A stretch of DNA of 64,000 nucleotides from Acidobacteriota bacterium. Its GTDB lineage: Bacteria > Acidobacteriota > Vicinamibacteria > Vicinamibacterales > JAKQTR01. The notes beneath the pieces are model-generated. The model was not told the DNA's origin and did no database searches. It saw only the letters and a program-made list of their open reading frames with translations. This document shows positions 27,928 through 36,695 of this stretch, piece after piece. Position 1 is the first letter of the stretch. Every line of letters starts with the position of its first letter. The stretch covers positions 10,849 to 74,848 of the forward strand of contig JBFMFH010000121.1 of NCBI GenBank assembly GCA_040752275.1. Reading direction: 5' to 3'. Made by a program: the position numbers and the translations under genes.

Positions 27928-28094
27928 GTATTTCGTTGAGCTTACGAGCGCTCCTGTATAGTCGATAGACTAACTGGCTCAATAGCCCCTTCGCTCGTGT
28001 GCTGGTGCGGAATCGTCTCTCGAACTGGCCCCGCACGCGCAGGGCCAGCGTGGCCAAATCCCTAGTCGCGAAGTCGGCAATTAGGTCGACGCAC

Positions 28095-28433
28095 TCAGGG
28101 AGCCTTGCCCTCGTTCTGCTCCTGGCGGGTGACGTTCATGACCGCAATGGCCCGGTTGCCGCCGCCCTCCTGCCGGTAGACCACGCGAACCATGTCGCCC
28201 ACCACCGGGCGGTTGCCAATCTCGGCGCTGGCGATGTCGAGCGCGAGCGGCGGCCCCTCCGGACGGGTCTCGTCCTGCACGGTGAGCATCTGGTTCTGGA
28301 TCGCGACGACCGTACCCTGGACGACGGGGGCCGGTGGGCCGCACGCCGTCGCGAGGAGTCCGATGCTGACGACAAAGACGGCGGGCAGCGGGCGGGGCCT
28401 GCCGCGCCGCGTCCTCGGGATAGAAGGCGTCAT
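28095..28433 (-). CDS. Small lipoprotein, trio copy A (paralogue of 59379..59690)
   Basis: Start MTPSIPRTRRGRPRPLPAVFVVSIGLLATAC at 28433. The mature part aligns with the other copy: QGxVVxxxxxxxxxxVxDE...GDxVRxxYRxxGGxxRAIxxMNxTRQ. Confidence 0.65.
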   Translation of the reverse strand: MTPSIPRTRRGRPRPLPAVFVVSIGLLATACGPPAPVVQGTVVAIQNQMLTVQDETRPEGPPLALDIASAEIGNRPVVGDMVRVVYRQEGGGNRAIAVMNVTRQEQNEGKAP

Positions 28434-28459
28434 GACCACGTTCTCCTCCGCCGCCAACG

Positions 28460-29485
28460 TCACGGCCTGTCGGCCGCTTCGCTCGGCCGCCGCAGTTCCT
28501 GGATGGCCCCGCGCACCATGCCGTAGACGACGACCATCGTCATGGCCGTGACGGCCGCCATCACCAGCCAGGCGGCCGACGTCCCCATGTCCAGCTGCTT
28601 GAGCACGACCGACACGAGCGCGCAGATGACGGTCACGCCGAACATCAAGCGGATGCCGTAGCCGCGGATGTACTTCGTCGCGATGGTCCCGATCTGGGCG
28701 CCGGGGGCGGCGCCGGCCAGCATGAAGAGCACGGCCAGCAGCTCCACGCGCCCCTTCATGGCATACGTGAAGGCGCCGTAGAAGCCCGAGAGCATCACCG
28801 TGAACAGATCGGTGCCTACGGCGACGTAGGTCGGCGCACCAATCAGGTACACGAGCGCCGGCATCATGATGAGGCCTCCGCCGATCCCGAGGAAGCCGGC
28901 CAGGATACCCACCAGCAGCCCGACGAGCGCCGGCAGCCACATCGAGCAGCGCACTTGTGCCACGTCGAAGGTCACGATGGGCGGGACGTTGATGCGGTGC
29001 AGCGTCAGATGCCACCGTACGGCCGACTCGCCCTCGCTCGCCATCCCCGTCCGTTCGAGGGTCCGCTTCTTGAAGTAGTCGTAGAAGACCAGACCGCCGA
29101 TCAGGGCCAGGAACACCACGTACACCCAGCGGATGACGGGGCCCGCTAAGCCGTGGCCCTCGAGCAGCATGACCAGTCTGGCGCCAATCTCGATGCCGAC
29201 CACGTCGAAAGCCAGCATCGTCAGGCCGAGCTTCATGTCGACATTACCGAACTTCGCATGCCGCCTCGTCGAGATGATCGACTTGCCGGCCATGTGACAG
29301 AGGTCGGTGCCCACGGCGAACGGCATCGGAAAGCCGAAGATGTTGAGGGCGGGCGTCACCATCCACGCGCCCCCCATACCGAAGAACCCGCCGAGCACCC
29401 CGACGGCGACGCCGAGCAGCGCCAGCAACAGGATGTTCACGGGCACACCCGAGATGGGCAGGATCACGGTGAAGAAGTCGAACAT
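28460..29485 (-). CDS. TauE/SafE (TSUP) permease, long subfamily, trio copy A
   Basis: 341 aa. GGFFGMGGAWMVTPALNIFGFP and GFLGIGGGLIMMPALVYLIG repeats. Colinear with 59856..60887 and similar to 41195..42298. Confidence 0.85.
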   Translation of the reverse strand: MFDFFTVILPISGVPVNILLLALLGVAVGVLGGFFGMGGAWMVTPALNIFGFPMPFAVGTDLCHMAGKSIISTRRHAKFGNVDMKLGLTMLAFDVVGIEIGARLVMLLEGHGLAGPVIRWVYVVFLALIGGLVFYDYFKKRTLERTGMASEGESAVRWHLTLHRINVPPIVTFDVAQVRCSMWLPALVGLLVGILAGFLGIGGGLIMMPALVYLIGAPTYVAVGTDLFTVMLSGFYGAFTYAMKGRVELLAVLFMLAGAAPGAQIGTIATKYIRGYGIRLMFGVTVICALVSVVLKQLDMGTSAAWLVMAAVTAMTMVVVYGMVRGAIQELRRPSEAADRP

Positions 29486-29506
29486 GGCGTTCTCCGTCGC
29501 GCGCTG

Positions 29507-29812
29507 CTATTCCCGGGAGTGGCGTTTTTCGAGGTCGAGGCCGATGGCACTCACCGCCACGTCCATCACCCAGCCGAGGAACAGACCGAGGATGGCCGTC
29601 AGGCCGACCGCAAAGATCGTGAACAGGAGCCGGTCGGTGTTGTACAGGTTGGCGACAAACAGGTTGAATCCCGACAGGTTCCGGGTGTCCGCCACGTGCA
29701 CGAGCTTGCCGGCCTTCTCGGCCGGCGCCGCCTCGAGGAGCGCGGGGTGGAGGGAGACCAGGACGCATGAGACCCAAAGCGTCAGCTGTGCCCGAAGCGA
29801 GCAAGGCGTCAT
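29507..29812 (-). CDS. Small signal-peptide plus C-terminal-TM protein, trio copy A (paralogue of 60915..61238)
   Basis: The likely start MTPCSLRAQLTLWV at 29812 has GGAGGT 7 nt upstream. Shares KLVxVADTR....NxYNT and a C-terminal TM helix with the other copy. Confidence 0.6.
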   Translation of the reverse strand: MTPCSLRAQLTLWVSCVLVSLHPALLEAAPAEKAGKLVHVADTRNLSGFNLFVANLYNTDRLLFTIFAVGLTAILGLFLGWVMDVAVSAIGLDLEKRHSRE

Positions 29813-29909
29813 CGCGGTACCTCCGGTCGGAATCACACCCACGGGCCGGGGAGCGATTGCCCGTGGCGGCAGGGGGCGCGCCAGAGTCAGGGCCCGGGCG
29901 CGTTCACGG

Positions 29910-29927
29910 TTGGCACGATACGGGCTG
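29910..29927 (+). promoter_or_regulatory. Candidate sigma-54 promoter (TTGGCACGATACGGGCTG) upstream of the HK-1 operon
   Basis: TGGCACG at 29911-29917 is a perfect -24 element. GC at 29924-29925 has the correct GG-N10-GC spacing. It lies about 80 nt upstream of the HK-1 start. The -12 element is only partly consensus, and no EBP gene is present in the window. Confidence 0.3.
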
Positions 29928-30007
29928 ACGCGAGGTCTGTCAAGGGTATGCGCGCTCTCTGCGGTCTGTCTAGCAGCTTTGTGGCCTTTTCGTAGGAGGC
30001 CCGGGCC

Positions 30008-31069
30008 GTGCTAATGTGGCGGCACGGAAGGGGGTCCGCATTGCCTCCGACTGACGAGTTTCCGCGTCTCGTCCGCGCCGAGTTCAGGTTCCCGGTGCGC
30101 AGTCTGATCGGCGCTGTCGCCTCAATCCCCCTCGCGTTCCTGGCCGTGACGCTGGTGCTCCTGGTTGGCGATCTCGGCATCGGCCACTGGACCATTGCGG
30201 CGATCGTCTCGCTCGGTCTGGTCGTGTCATACGTCGTGGCGGCCACCGTCACGCGCCGGATTGCGCGGCGCCTCCTTGAACTCGAACGCCAGCGGGACGC
30301 CTTCTATCAGGAGTTCTCGCGGCTGTCGAAGGCCGCCTCGCTCGGCGAGATTGCCTCCGGCGTGGCCCACGACATCAACAATCCCCTGGCGGTCATGAAC
30401 GAGGAGGCGGGCTGGCTGCGCGATCTGCTGGGCGGCCCCGGCCTCGACCGCGAGTCGACGCGGCAGGAGTTTGCAGCATCGGTCGAGCAGATCGGCGTTC
30501 AGATCAAACGGGCCAGCAGCGTGACCAGGCGCCTGCTCCATTGGGCGCGCGACATGACCCGCCCGTCGGACGTCATCGACGTGAACCCCCTGCTGACGCG
30601 GACCCTCTACCTGCTGGAGGGGGAACTCACCTCCGCCGACGTGCGGGTCGTGACCCGGCTCGACCCGAAGCTGCCGAAGGCGGTCGGCAGCGAGGCGGAG
30701 ATCACCCAGGTGCTGCTGCACCTCATGAAGAACGCTCTCGACGCGATGAAGGGCGGTGGCGGGACGCTGACCATCACGACTGACCGGTTCGACGGTCTGG
30801 TGCGCGTCGGCATCGCCGATACGGGGCCCGGCATTCCGCCGGAGCTCGTCGCGCGTATCTTCGAACCGTTCTTCACGACGAAGCCCGTGGGCGAGGGCGC
30901 CGGCCTCGGCCTGGCCATCAGCGCGTGGATCGTCCAGCGCGCCGGCGGCCACATCGCGGTGGACAGCGTCCCCGGGTCGGGCGCCACGTTTCATGTCACG
31001 CTCCAGCCTGCAGGTGTGAGCGCAGAACACGGAGGAGAGGATGAGGGTCGTGCGGCTGTTGCTCGTTGA
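30008..31069 (+). CDS. Membrane-anchored histidine kinase (2 TM, no obvious extracytoplasmic domain; HisKA + HATPase_c), HK-1
   Basis: H-box SGVAHDINNPLAV. G-boxes IADTGPGIP and GEGAGLGLAIS. AGGAGG lies 8 nt upstream of the GTG at 30008. Confidence 0.85.
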   Translation: MLMWRHGRGSALPPTDEFPRLVRAEFRFPVRSLIGAVASIPLAFLAVTLVLLVGDLGIGHWTIAAIVSLGLVVSYVVAATVTRRIARRLLELERQRDAFYQEFSRLSKAASLGEIASGVAHDINNPLAVMNEEAGWLRDLLGGPGLDRESTRQEFAASVEQIGVQIKRASSVTRRLLHWARDMTRPSDVIDVNPLLTRTLYLLEGELTSADVRVVTRLDPKLPKAVGSEAEITQVLLHLMKNALDAMKGGGGTLTITTDRFDGLVRVGIADTGPGIPPELVARIFEPFFTTKPVGEGAGLGLAISAWIVQRAGGHIAVDSVPGSGATFHVTLQPAGVSAEHGGEDEGRAAVAR

Positions 31070-31448
31070 CGACGAGGCACGGTTCGTCGAGACGCTGTCG
31101 AAGCGCCTGACCTCCCGTGGGTACTACGTTGAGAAGGCCCTCTCGGGCCAGGAGGCGCTCGACTTGGTGACGAGCCGGCCCTTCGACGTCATGCTCCTCG
31201 ACGTGCGCATGCCGGGCATGGACGGGCTCGAGACGCTCCGCGCCGTGCACAGGCTGCAGCCCCTGGTGAAGGTGATTCTCCTGAGCGGGCACGCGTCGAT
31301 CAACGCTGCCGTTGAGGGCATGCGTTTGGGGGCGTACGACTACCTGCTCAAGCCGACGGACCTCGAGGACATCCTGGCCAAGGTCGAAGCGGCGTTCGAA
31401 AAGAAGCGCCTGGAAGAGGAGCAGCAGGGCGATTGGCGCCAGCCTTGA
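31041..31448 (+). CDS. Receiver-only response regulator, RR-1
   Basis: 135 aa. LLLVDDE, the phospho-acceptor context MLLDVRMPGMDG, and DYLLKP. No output domain. Confidence 0.88.
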   Translation: MRVVRLLLVDDEARFVETLSKRLTSRGYYVEKALSGQEALDLVTSRPFDVMLLDVRMPGMDGLETLRAVHRLQPLVKVILLSGHASINAAVEGMRLGAYDYLLKPTDLEDILAKVEAAFEKKRLEEEQQGDWRQP

Positions 31449-31461
31449 GGGCGGGGCGCGT

Positions 31462-34122
31462 GTGGTGTCGGGCTCTCTGGGAGTAGCCATCGTGGGTCTG
31501 ACGACGCTCGTGCGCAAGCTGTTCGGCCGCGATCAGTGGCGGCCGCTCATCGCCCAGCGCGATACGAAGGCCGCGCTGCGCCTCTCGTACCTCGCATTCA
31601 AGGACCTCATCACCTCGAACGACGAGCTGCTCGAAATCGTGGCCGACATCGAGCAGAAGCTGGAGACGGGCTCCCCCTTCGGGATGACCTACGTCCGGTT
31701 CCGGGCCGTCGCCTGCGCGACCCACACCTACCGGATGATTCTCTGCCTGGACAAGCTGTCCGCCCGGCGGTACCAAGAACTGCATTTCGTCTTTGCGGGC
31801 ATCCAGAAGGCCATCGAGCCCCTGCTCTCCGGCACCCGTCCCGCCCACGCCACGTGTCCGCTCGTCCTTCGTCTGTCGGACATCGACGCCACCAGTGCAG
31901 ACGACGCCGGCGGCAAGGCGGCGAACGTGGCCGAGGTGCGCAACCGGGCGAGGCTGCCGGTCCCCGACGGGTTCGTCGTGTCGACGACGGCCTTCGCCGC
32001 CTTCCTGGCTCACGAACAGCTCGGCGAGGACATTCGCGCGAAGCACGACGGCCTGGCGCCCGACGACCAGCAGTCCCTCCACGACGTGAGCGAAGAGCTG
32101 CAGGCGCTCATTTCGGCGCACCGCGTGCCCGGCCGCCTCGTGCAGTCCATCCTGGGCGCCTACGACGATCTCGCCGCCCGTTGTGGCACCAACCCGCGCG
32201 TGTCGGTGCGATCGAGCGCCGTGGGAGAGGACGGCGAGTTCTCCTTCGCAGGGCAGTACACCAGCGTATTGAACGTGGGGCGCGACGGCCTCGTCGATGC
32301 CTACCGCCGGGTGGTGGCCAGCCTCTATACGCCGCGCGCCATCTTCTACCGGGCGATACACGGCATCCCGGACGAACAGGCGGCCATGGCCGTGCTGTGC
32401 ATGGTACAGATCGACTCGGTCGCCAGCGGCGTGGCCTGTTCGGTCGACCCGGGCCGGCCGGACGCAGGCACGCTGCTCATCACGGGGGCCTGGGGCCTCG
32501 GCATCACGACCGTCGGGGGGTCGGTCAGCCCCGACGTGTGGGAGGTGGCGCGCGCGGCGGGTACGCCCGTTCTTCGCGCCCGCCTCGGCGTCAAGGACAC
32601 GCGCGCCGACGCCAGTCCGGAGGGGGGCGTCGGCTTTCTCGAACTGCCGGAGTCCGTCACGTCGACCTACTGTCTCACCGACACCCAGGTGCGCGACCTG
32701 GCGGCCATCGTCCTCGCGGCCGAGGCCCACTACGGCAAGCCACAGGAGGTGGAATGGGCCCTGGACCGGGCCGGCCGCTTCGTCCTGCTGCAATCGCGGC
32801 CGCTGCACGTCCGCGCCGTCCCGGCAGCCGTGACCGATCTCGACGGCCACGCGGACGGGCATGCCCTGATTCTTACGGGGGCGTCGGCCTCGGCGGGGTG
32901 CGCGTCGGGGCCCGTCTACCACATGTCCGAGTCGGACGACACGTCGCGGTTCCCCGACAGGGCAGTGCTCGTGGCCCGGCACTCGTCGCCCAAGTACGTC
33001 AAGGTGATGGCGCGCGCGGCGGCCATCATCACGGACATCGGGGCCACCACCGGCCACATGGCCTCGCTAGCCCGGGAGTTCGGGGTGCCCGCCGTGCTCG
33101 ACACGCGGTCCGCGACGACGACGCTCGAGCCGGGACAGGTCGTCACGGTCGATGCCAACCGGGGGGCGGTCTACGAGGGACGGGTCGACTGCCTGTTGTC
33201 GGGCTCGGCGGCAGCACCGGCCCGGACGATGACAGGTACACCGACCTATGCGATCCTCCGCCAGGTGGCGGATCGCATCGCGCCCTTGACGCTGACCGAT
33301 CCGAAGAGCGTGAGCTTCCGGCCCGATCAGTGTCGTACCTTCCACGACATCGCCCGCTTCGCCCATGAGAAGGCCTTCGGCGAGATGTTCAGGATGAGCG
33401 ATCGCGTGGCCGACGTGTCGCATCGAGCCGTCAGGCTGGCGGAGCGGCTGCCCTTCGAGCTCCATCTGATCGACATCGGCGGCGGCATTGCCCAGAGTTC
33501 CCCAGGCGAGCCCGCGGTCAGGGCGGCGGCGATCGTGTCGGAGCCGATGGCGGCTCTGCTGCGGGGCATGATGAACCCGCAGCTGCGCTGGTGGGAGCCG
33601 CGGGGCATCTCGCTCTCCGGCTTCTTCGCGGTGGCGACCGAGGCGATGATGAACCCGGCCCACGATGCGGACCAGCGCCGATTGGGCGACAAGAGCTACG
33701 CGATCGTCGCCGAGTCGTACTGCAACTTCAGCTCGCGCATCGGCTACCATTTCGCCGCCGTGGATGCGTACTGTACCGATTCGCTCTCCAGGAACTACGT
33801 GAGCTTCCGTTTCAAGGGCGGCGCCGCCGATGACGCCCGGCGTGCGCGGCGTTGCGCCCTCATCGGGGAGGTCCTCAAGAAGCTCGACTTCCAGACCGAC
33901 CGCCGGGGCGATCTGGTGAACGCCCGCCTCCGCAAGTACCCGCGCGAGGCGCTTCTGGAACGCCTCGATCTGGTCGGCCGGCTCATCGTCGCCACCAGAC
34001 AGCTCGACATGCGGATGGGACGCGGCACTCCGGTTGATTGGTTCGTCCAGGCGTTCTTCGCCGGCAACTACCTCTTCGACCCGGAGCAGGGCCGGGCCGC
34101 GGCCGGAGGGTCTCCGCCGTGA
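31462..34122 (+). CDS. Atypical PpsA-like protein PpsL-1: novel N-domain + PPDK_N ATP-grasp + swivel phospho-His domain + novel C-domain
   Basis: GGKAANVAEV..LPVPDGFVV, VSVRSSAVGEDGEFSFAGQY, and swivel ITDIGATTGHMASLAREFGVPAV with the His codon at 33055-33057. The C-terminal ~300 aa show no PEP-utilizer TIM-barrel motifs. The start (GTG at 31462/31465) is approximate. Confidence 0.8.
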   Translation: MVSGSLGVAIVGLTTLVRKLFGRDQWRPLIAQRDTKAALRLSYLAFKDLITSNDELLEIVADIEQKLETGSPFGMTYVRFRAVACATHTYRMILCLDKLSARRYQELHFVFAGIQKAIEPLLSGTRPAHATCPLVLRLSDIDATSADDAGGKAANVAEVRNRARLPVPDGFVVSTTAFAAFLAHEQLGEDIRAKHDGLAPDDQQSLHDVSEELQALISAHRVPGRLVQSILGAYDDLAARCGTNPRVSVRSSAVGEDGEFSFAGQYTSVLNVGRDGLVDAYRRVVASLYTPRAIFYRAIHGIPDEQAAMAVLCMVQIDSVASGVACSVDPGRPDAGTLLITGAWGLGITTVGGSVSPDVWEVARAAGTPVLRARLGVKDTRADASPEGGVGFLELPESVTSTYCLTDTQVRDLAAIVLAAEAHYGKPQEVEWALDRAGRFVLLQSRPLHVRAVPAAVTDLDGHADGHALILTGASASAGCASGPVYHMSESDDTSRFPDRAVLVARHSSPKYVKVMARAAAIITDIGATTGHMASLAREFGVPAVLDTRSATTTLEPGQVVTVDANRGAVYEGRVDCLLSGSAAAPARTMTGTPTYAILRQVADRIAPLTLTDPKSVSFRPDQCRTFHDIARFAHEKAFGEMFRMSDRVADVSHRAVRLAERLPFELHLIDIGGGIAQSSPGEPAVRAAAIVSEPMAALLRGMMNPQLRWWEPRGISLSGFFAVATEAMMNPAHDADQRRLGDKSYAIVAESYCNFSSRIGYHFAAVDAYCTDSLSRNYVSFRFKGGAADDARRARRCALIGEVLKKLDFQTDRRGDLVNARLRKYPREALLERLDLVGRLIVATRQLDMRMGRGTPVDWFVQAFFAGNYLFDPEQGRAAAGGSPP

Positions 34123-36686
34123 GGATCGAGACGCTGGCCGACCGGCTGCGATCGCTGCGCCGCGCACCCCGGGTGCGGGCGGGCGTCCGGGAGAAGTACG
34201 CCGCCCTGAGCAGGCTCACCGCAGCCAACAACGCGGCGCTGGAGCTCGTCGCGGATCTCCAGCGCTCGGCCACCGGCGAGTTCGTCTTCGATGCCAACTA
34301 CCTGCGTACGGCGTCGGATCGGGCCCTGGCTTACGGGCGCGAGGTCGTCGAGGCGCTCGATATTCTGTCGGACGGACGTGAGCGCAGGCTCGGCGCGCTT
34401 CTCGAGCGCCTGTCCGCCGAGATCGGAAACGTGCTGCGTGACGACCGAAGCATCCCGGAGGGTCCCTACGTCCTCGACTTCAGCCGGATGAAGGGGGTCC
34501 CGGCGGACCTGCTCGGGGCCAAGGTGCGGCGCCTCGCGGAAATCCGCCTCGACGTGGGCGTGCCGGTGCCCGACGGCTTCGCCGTCACGAGCGCGGCCTG
34601 TCACGCGCTGCTGGTTCAGTCCGGATTGTGGGCGTCGATCCAGGCCACCATCCGCAGCCTCACGCTAATCGACAAGGCACGCCTGGCCCGCGCCAGCGGC
34701 GACATCCGAGCCCGCATCCTCGACACGCCGTGGCCTCGGGCCGTGGCGGCCGCCGTCCTCGAGGCATACGATGGGCTCGTCGCGCGGGCCGGACGCGAGT
34801 CGCCGCTGGTGTCGGTGCGGTCGAGCGCCGCCGACGAGGACGGCGAGTTCAGCTTCGCGGGCCAGTACGTCTCGGTCCTGAACGTCGACCGGAGCCGCCT
34901 CTTGCAGGCGTGCAGTGAGGTCGTTGCCAGTCAGTTCGGACCGCGCGCGGTCGTCTACTACAAGTCCCGGGGCCTCGAGAGCGCCCACCACCCCATGGCG
35001 ATCGGCATCGTGCTGATGATCGACGCCCTCGCGAGCGGCGTGCTCTACACCCGGTCTCCCGAGCGGCCAGGCGAGCAGACGATGCTCATCACCGGCACGT
35101 GGGGTCTCGGCCCGTCCACGGCTGACGGTACCGTAAGCCCCGACGTCATCCGTGTGTCGGCGAGACCCGGGCACGATATCGTCAGCTCGACCATCGCCCT
35201 CAAGCCTCGCATGCTGCTCACCCGCGAGGGCGGAGGCGTCATCGAGGTCGACGTGCCGGGCTGGATGCGCGAGCAGCCGTGCCTGACCCGGGCGCAGGTC
35301 GGGATGCTCGCGGCGTACGGATCGCGCCTCGAACGTCACTACGGCGGTCCTCAGGACGTCGAGTGGGCGGTCGACCGGGCTGAGCGGGTCCTGGTGCTGC
35401 AGTCACGCCCGCTGCGCACCGAGGAGCCACGTGCCTCGGCTCCGCTCCACGAACTGCGCAAGGGCCTGCCTCTGTTGCTCTCCGGCGGCATCATCGCGTC
35501 GACGGGCGTTGCTGCCGGGCCCGTTTCCGTGGTGGACGACACCGGGCCCTTCGACGTGCCGGCGGGAGCCGTGGTCGTGTCGCGGGCTGCGGTGCCGGCT
35601 CTCGCCGAAGTCGCGGATCGCGCGTCGGCCTTCGTGACCGAGGTCGGGTCGGTCGCCTGCCACCTGGCCACCGTGGCGCGCGAGTTCCGCATCCCGACCA
35701 TCGTCAACGCGGATGGCGCCAGGGCCGCGCTCAGGCCCGGTCAGGTCGTGACGGTCGACGCCGAGATGGGCCACGTCTACGAGGGGCGCATCGACGCGCT
35801 CCTGGCACTGACCGGAGCCAGGCAGCCCGATCGCGCGATGCTGCAGAGTCCGCTGTTCCGCAGGCTGGGATCGGTCCTGTCTCTCCTGGCGCCCCTGCAC
35901 CTGACCGATCCGAGGAGCCGGGACTTCAAGGCGTCCGGCTGCCAGACGCTGCACGACCTGCTGCGCTACGCGCACGAACGGGCCGTGCAGGAGATGTTCG
36001 TCGCGGGAGGCGAAGTGGCCGAGCTCGGCGCGTCCGTGAAGCTGGCCAGCGATCTGCCGCTCGACTTCTTCCTGGTGGACTTGGGCGGCGGCCTGGCGGG
36101 TGCGGGAGACGAGGACACCGTGACGCCGGAGGCGTTCCGCTGCCGACCGCTCCGGGCGATCTGGGCGGGGCTCGTCGCTGCGCCGTGGGCCGGTGGACCG
36201 GCTGTGGGCTTGGCGAGCCTGGGCTCTCTCCTCGTCACCGGCCTCTCGCGCCGCGAGCCGGCCGGCGGGCCTGAGGCCAACTACGTGCTCGTCACGGATA
36301 GCTACGTGAACATCAGCTTCCGGTTCGGGTTCCACTTCGCCCGAATCGACGCGTCGCTGTCGCAGGACTTCCGGACGAACTACGCCAGCGTGGTGTTTCA
36401 CGGAGGAGCCGCCGGCGCAGGCGGCCGCGAGCGGCGGCTGGACTTCATCGCCGGCGTGCTCGCCTCACGTCCGTGGACCGTCAGCCGCCGCGGCGACGCG
36501 CTGTTCGGTCGGGCGGACAACCTGCCGGACGCGGAGCTGTCGAAGGAACTCGAGACGCTCGGCCGTCTGCTGGTCGTGACGCGGCAGCTCGACACCAGAC
36601 TCGCCGACGACGAGGCGACGGCGCGTGCCGTGGCAGCGTTCGGCGCGGGCGATGACAGCCTGGGCCTCGACGTCACGGACGCGTGA
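34119..36686 (+). CDS. Atypical PpsA-like protein PpsL-2 (tandem paralogue)
   Basis: The GTG at 34119 overlaps the PpsL-1 stop (GTGA). LGAKVRRLAEI..VPVPDGFAV, VSVRSSAADEDGEFSFAGQY, and swivel TEVGSVACHLATVAREFRIPTI with the His codon at 35661-35663. Shares the C-domain motifs. Confidence 0.8.
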   Translation: MRIETLADRLRSLRRAPRVRAGVREKYAALSRLTAANNAALELVADLQRSATGEFVFDANYLRTASDRALAYGREVVEALDILSDGRERRLGALLERLSAEIGNVLRDDRSIPEGPYVLDFSRMKGVPADLLGAKVRRLAEIRLDVGVPVPDGFAVTSAACHALLVQSGLWASIQATIRSLTLIDKARLARASGDIRARILDTPWPRAVAAAVLEAYDGLVARAGRESPLVSVRSSAADEDGEFSFAGQYVSVLNVDRSRLLQACSEVVASQFGPRAVVYYKSRGLESAHHPMAIGIVLMIDALASGVLYTRSPERPGEQTMLITGTWGLGPSTADGTVSPDVIRVSARPGHDIVSSTIALKPRMLLTREGGGVIEVDVPGWMREQPCLTRAQVGMLAAYGSRLERHYGGPQDVEWAVDRAERVLVLQSRPLRTEEPRASAPLHELRKGLPLLLSGGIIASTGVAAGPVSVVDDTGPFDVPAGAVVVSRAAVPALAEVADRASAFVTEVGSVACHLATVAREFRIPTIVNADGARAALRPGQVVTVDAEMGHVYEGRIDALLALTGARQPDRAMLQSPLFRRLGSVLSLLAPLHLTDPRSRDFKASGCQTLHDLLRYAHERAVQEMFVAGGEVAELGASVKLASDLPLDFFLVDLGGGLAGAGDEDTVTPEAFRCRPLRAIWAGLVAAPWAGGPAVGLASLGSLLVTGLSRREPAGGPEANYVLVTDSYVNISFRFGFHFARIDASLSQDFRTNYASVVFHGGAAGAGGRERRLDFIAGVLASRPWTVSRRGDALFGRADNLPDAELSKELETLGRLLVVTRQLDTRLADDEATARAVAAFGAGDDSLGLDVTDA

Positions 36687-36695
36687 GGAACCGGT

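Noticed and set aside
27734-28057. 107-aa minus-strand ORF in the AT-rich spacer. A small regulator gene was considered.
   Set aside because: Arg-rich with no motif. It spans the compositional shift and lacks an RBS. The region is better explained as a promoter/terminator spacer.
31462-34122. Calling the PpsL genes genuine phosphoenolpyruvate synthase (ppsA) or pyruvate phosphate dikinase.
   Set aside because: The C-terminal third lacks the PEP-utilizer TIM-barrel motifs I know and is replaced by a different domain conserved among the five paralogues. Five copies interleaved with two-component genes is not what a central gluconeogenic enzyme looks like. An HMM search is still needed to confirm this.
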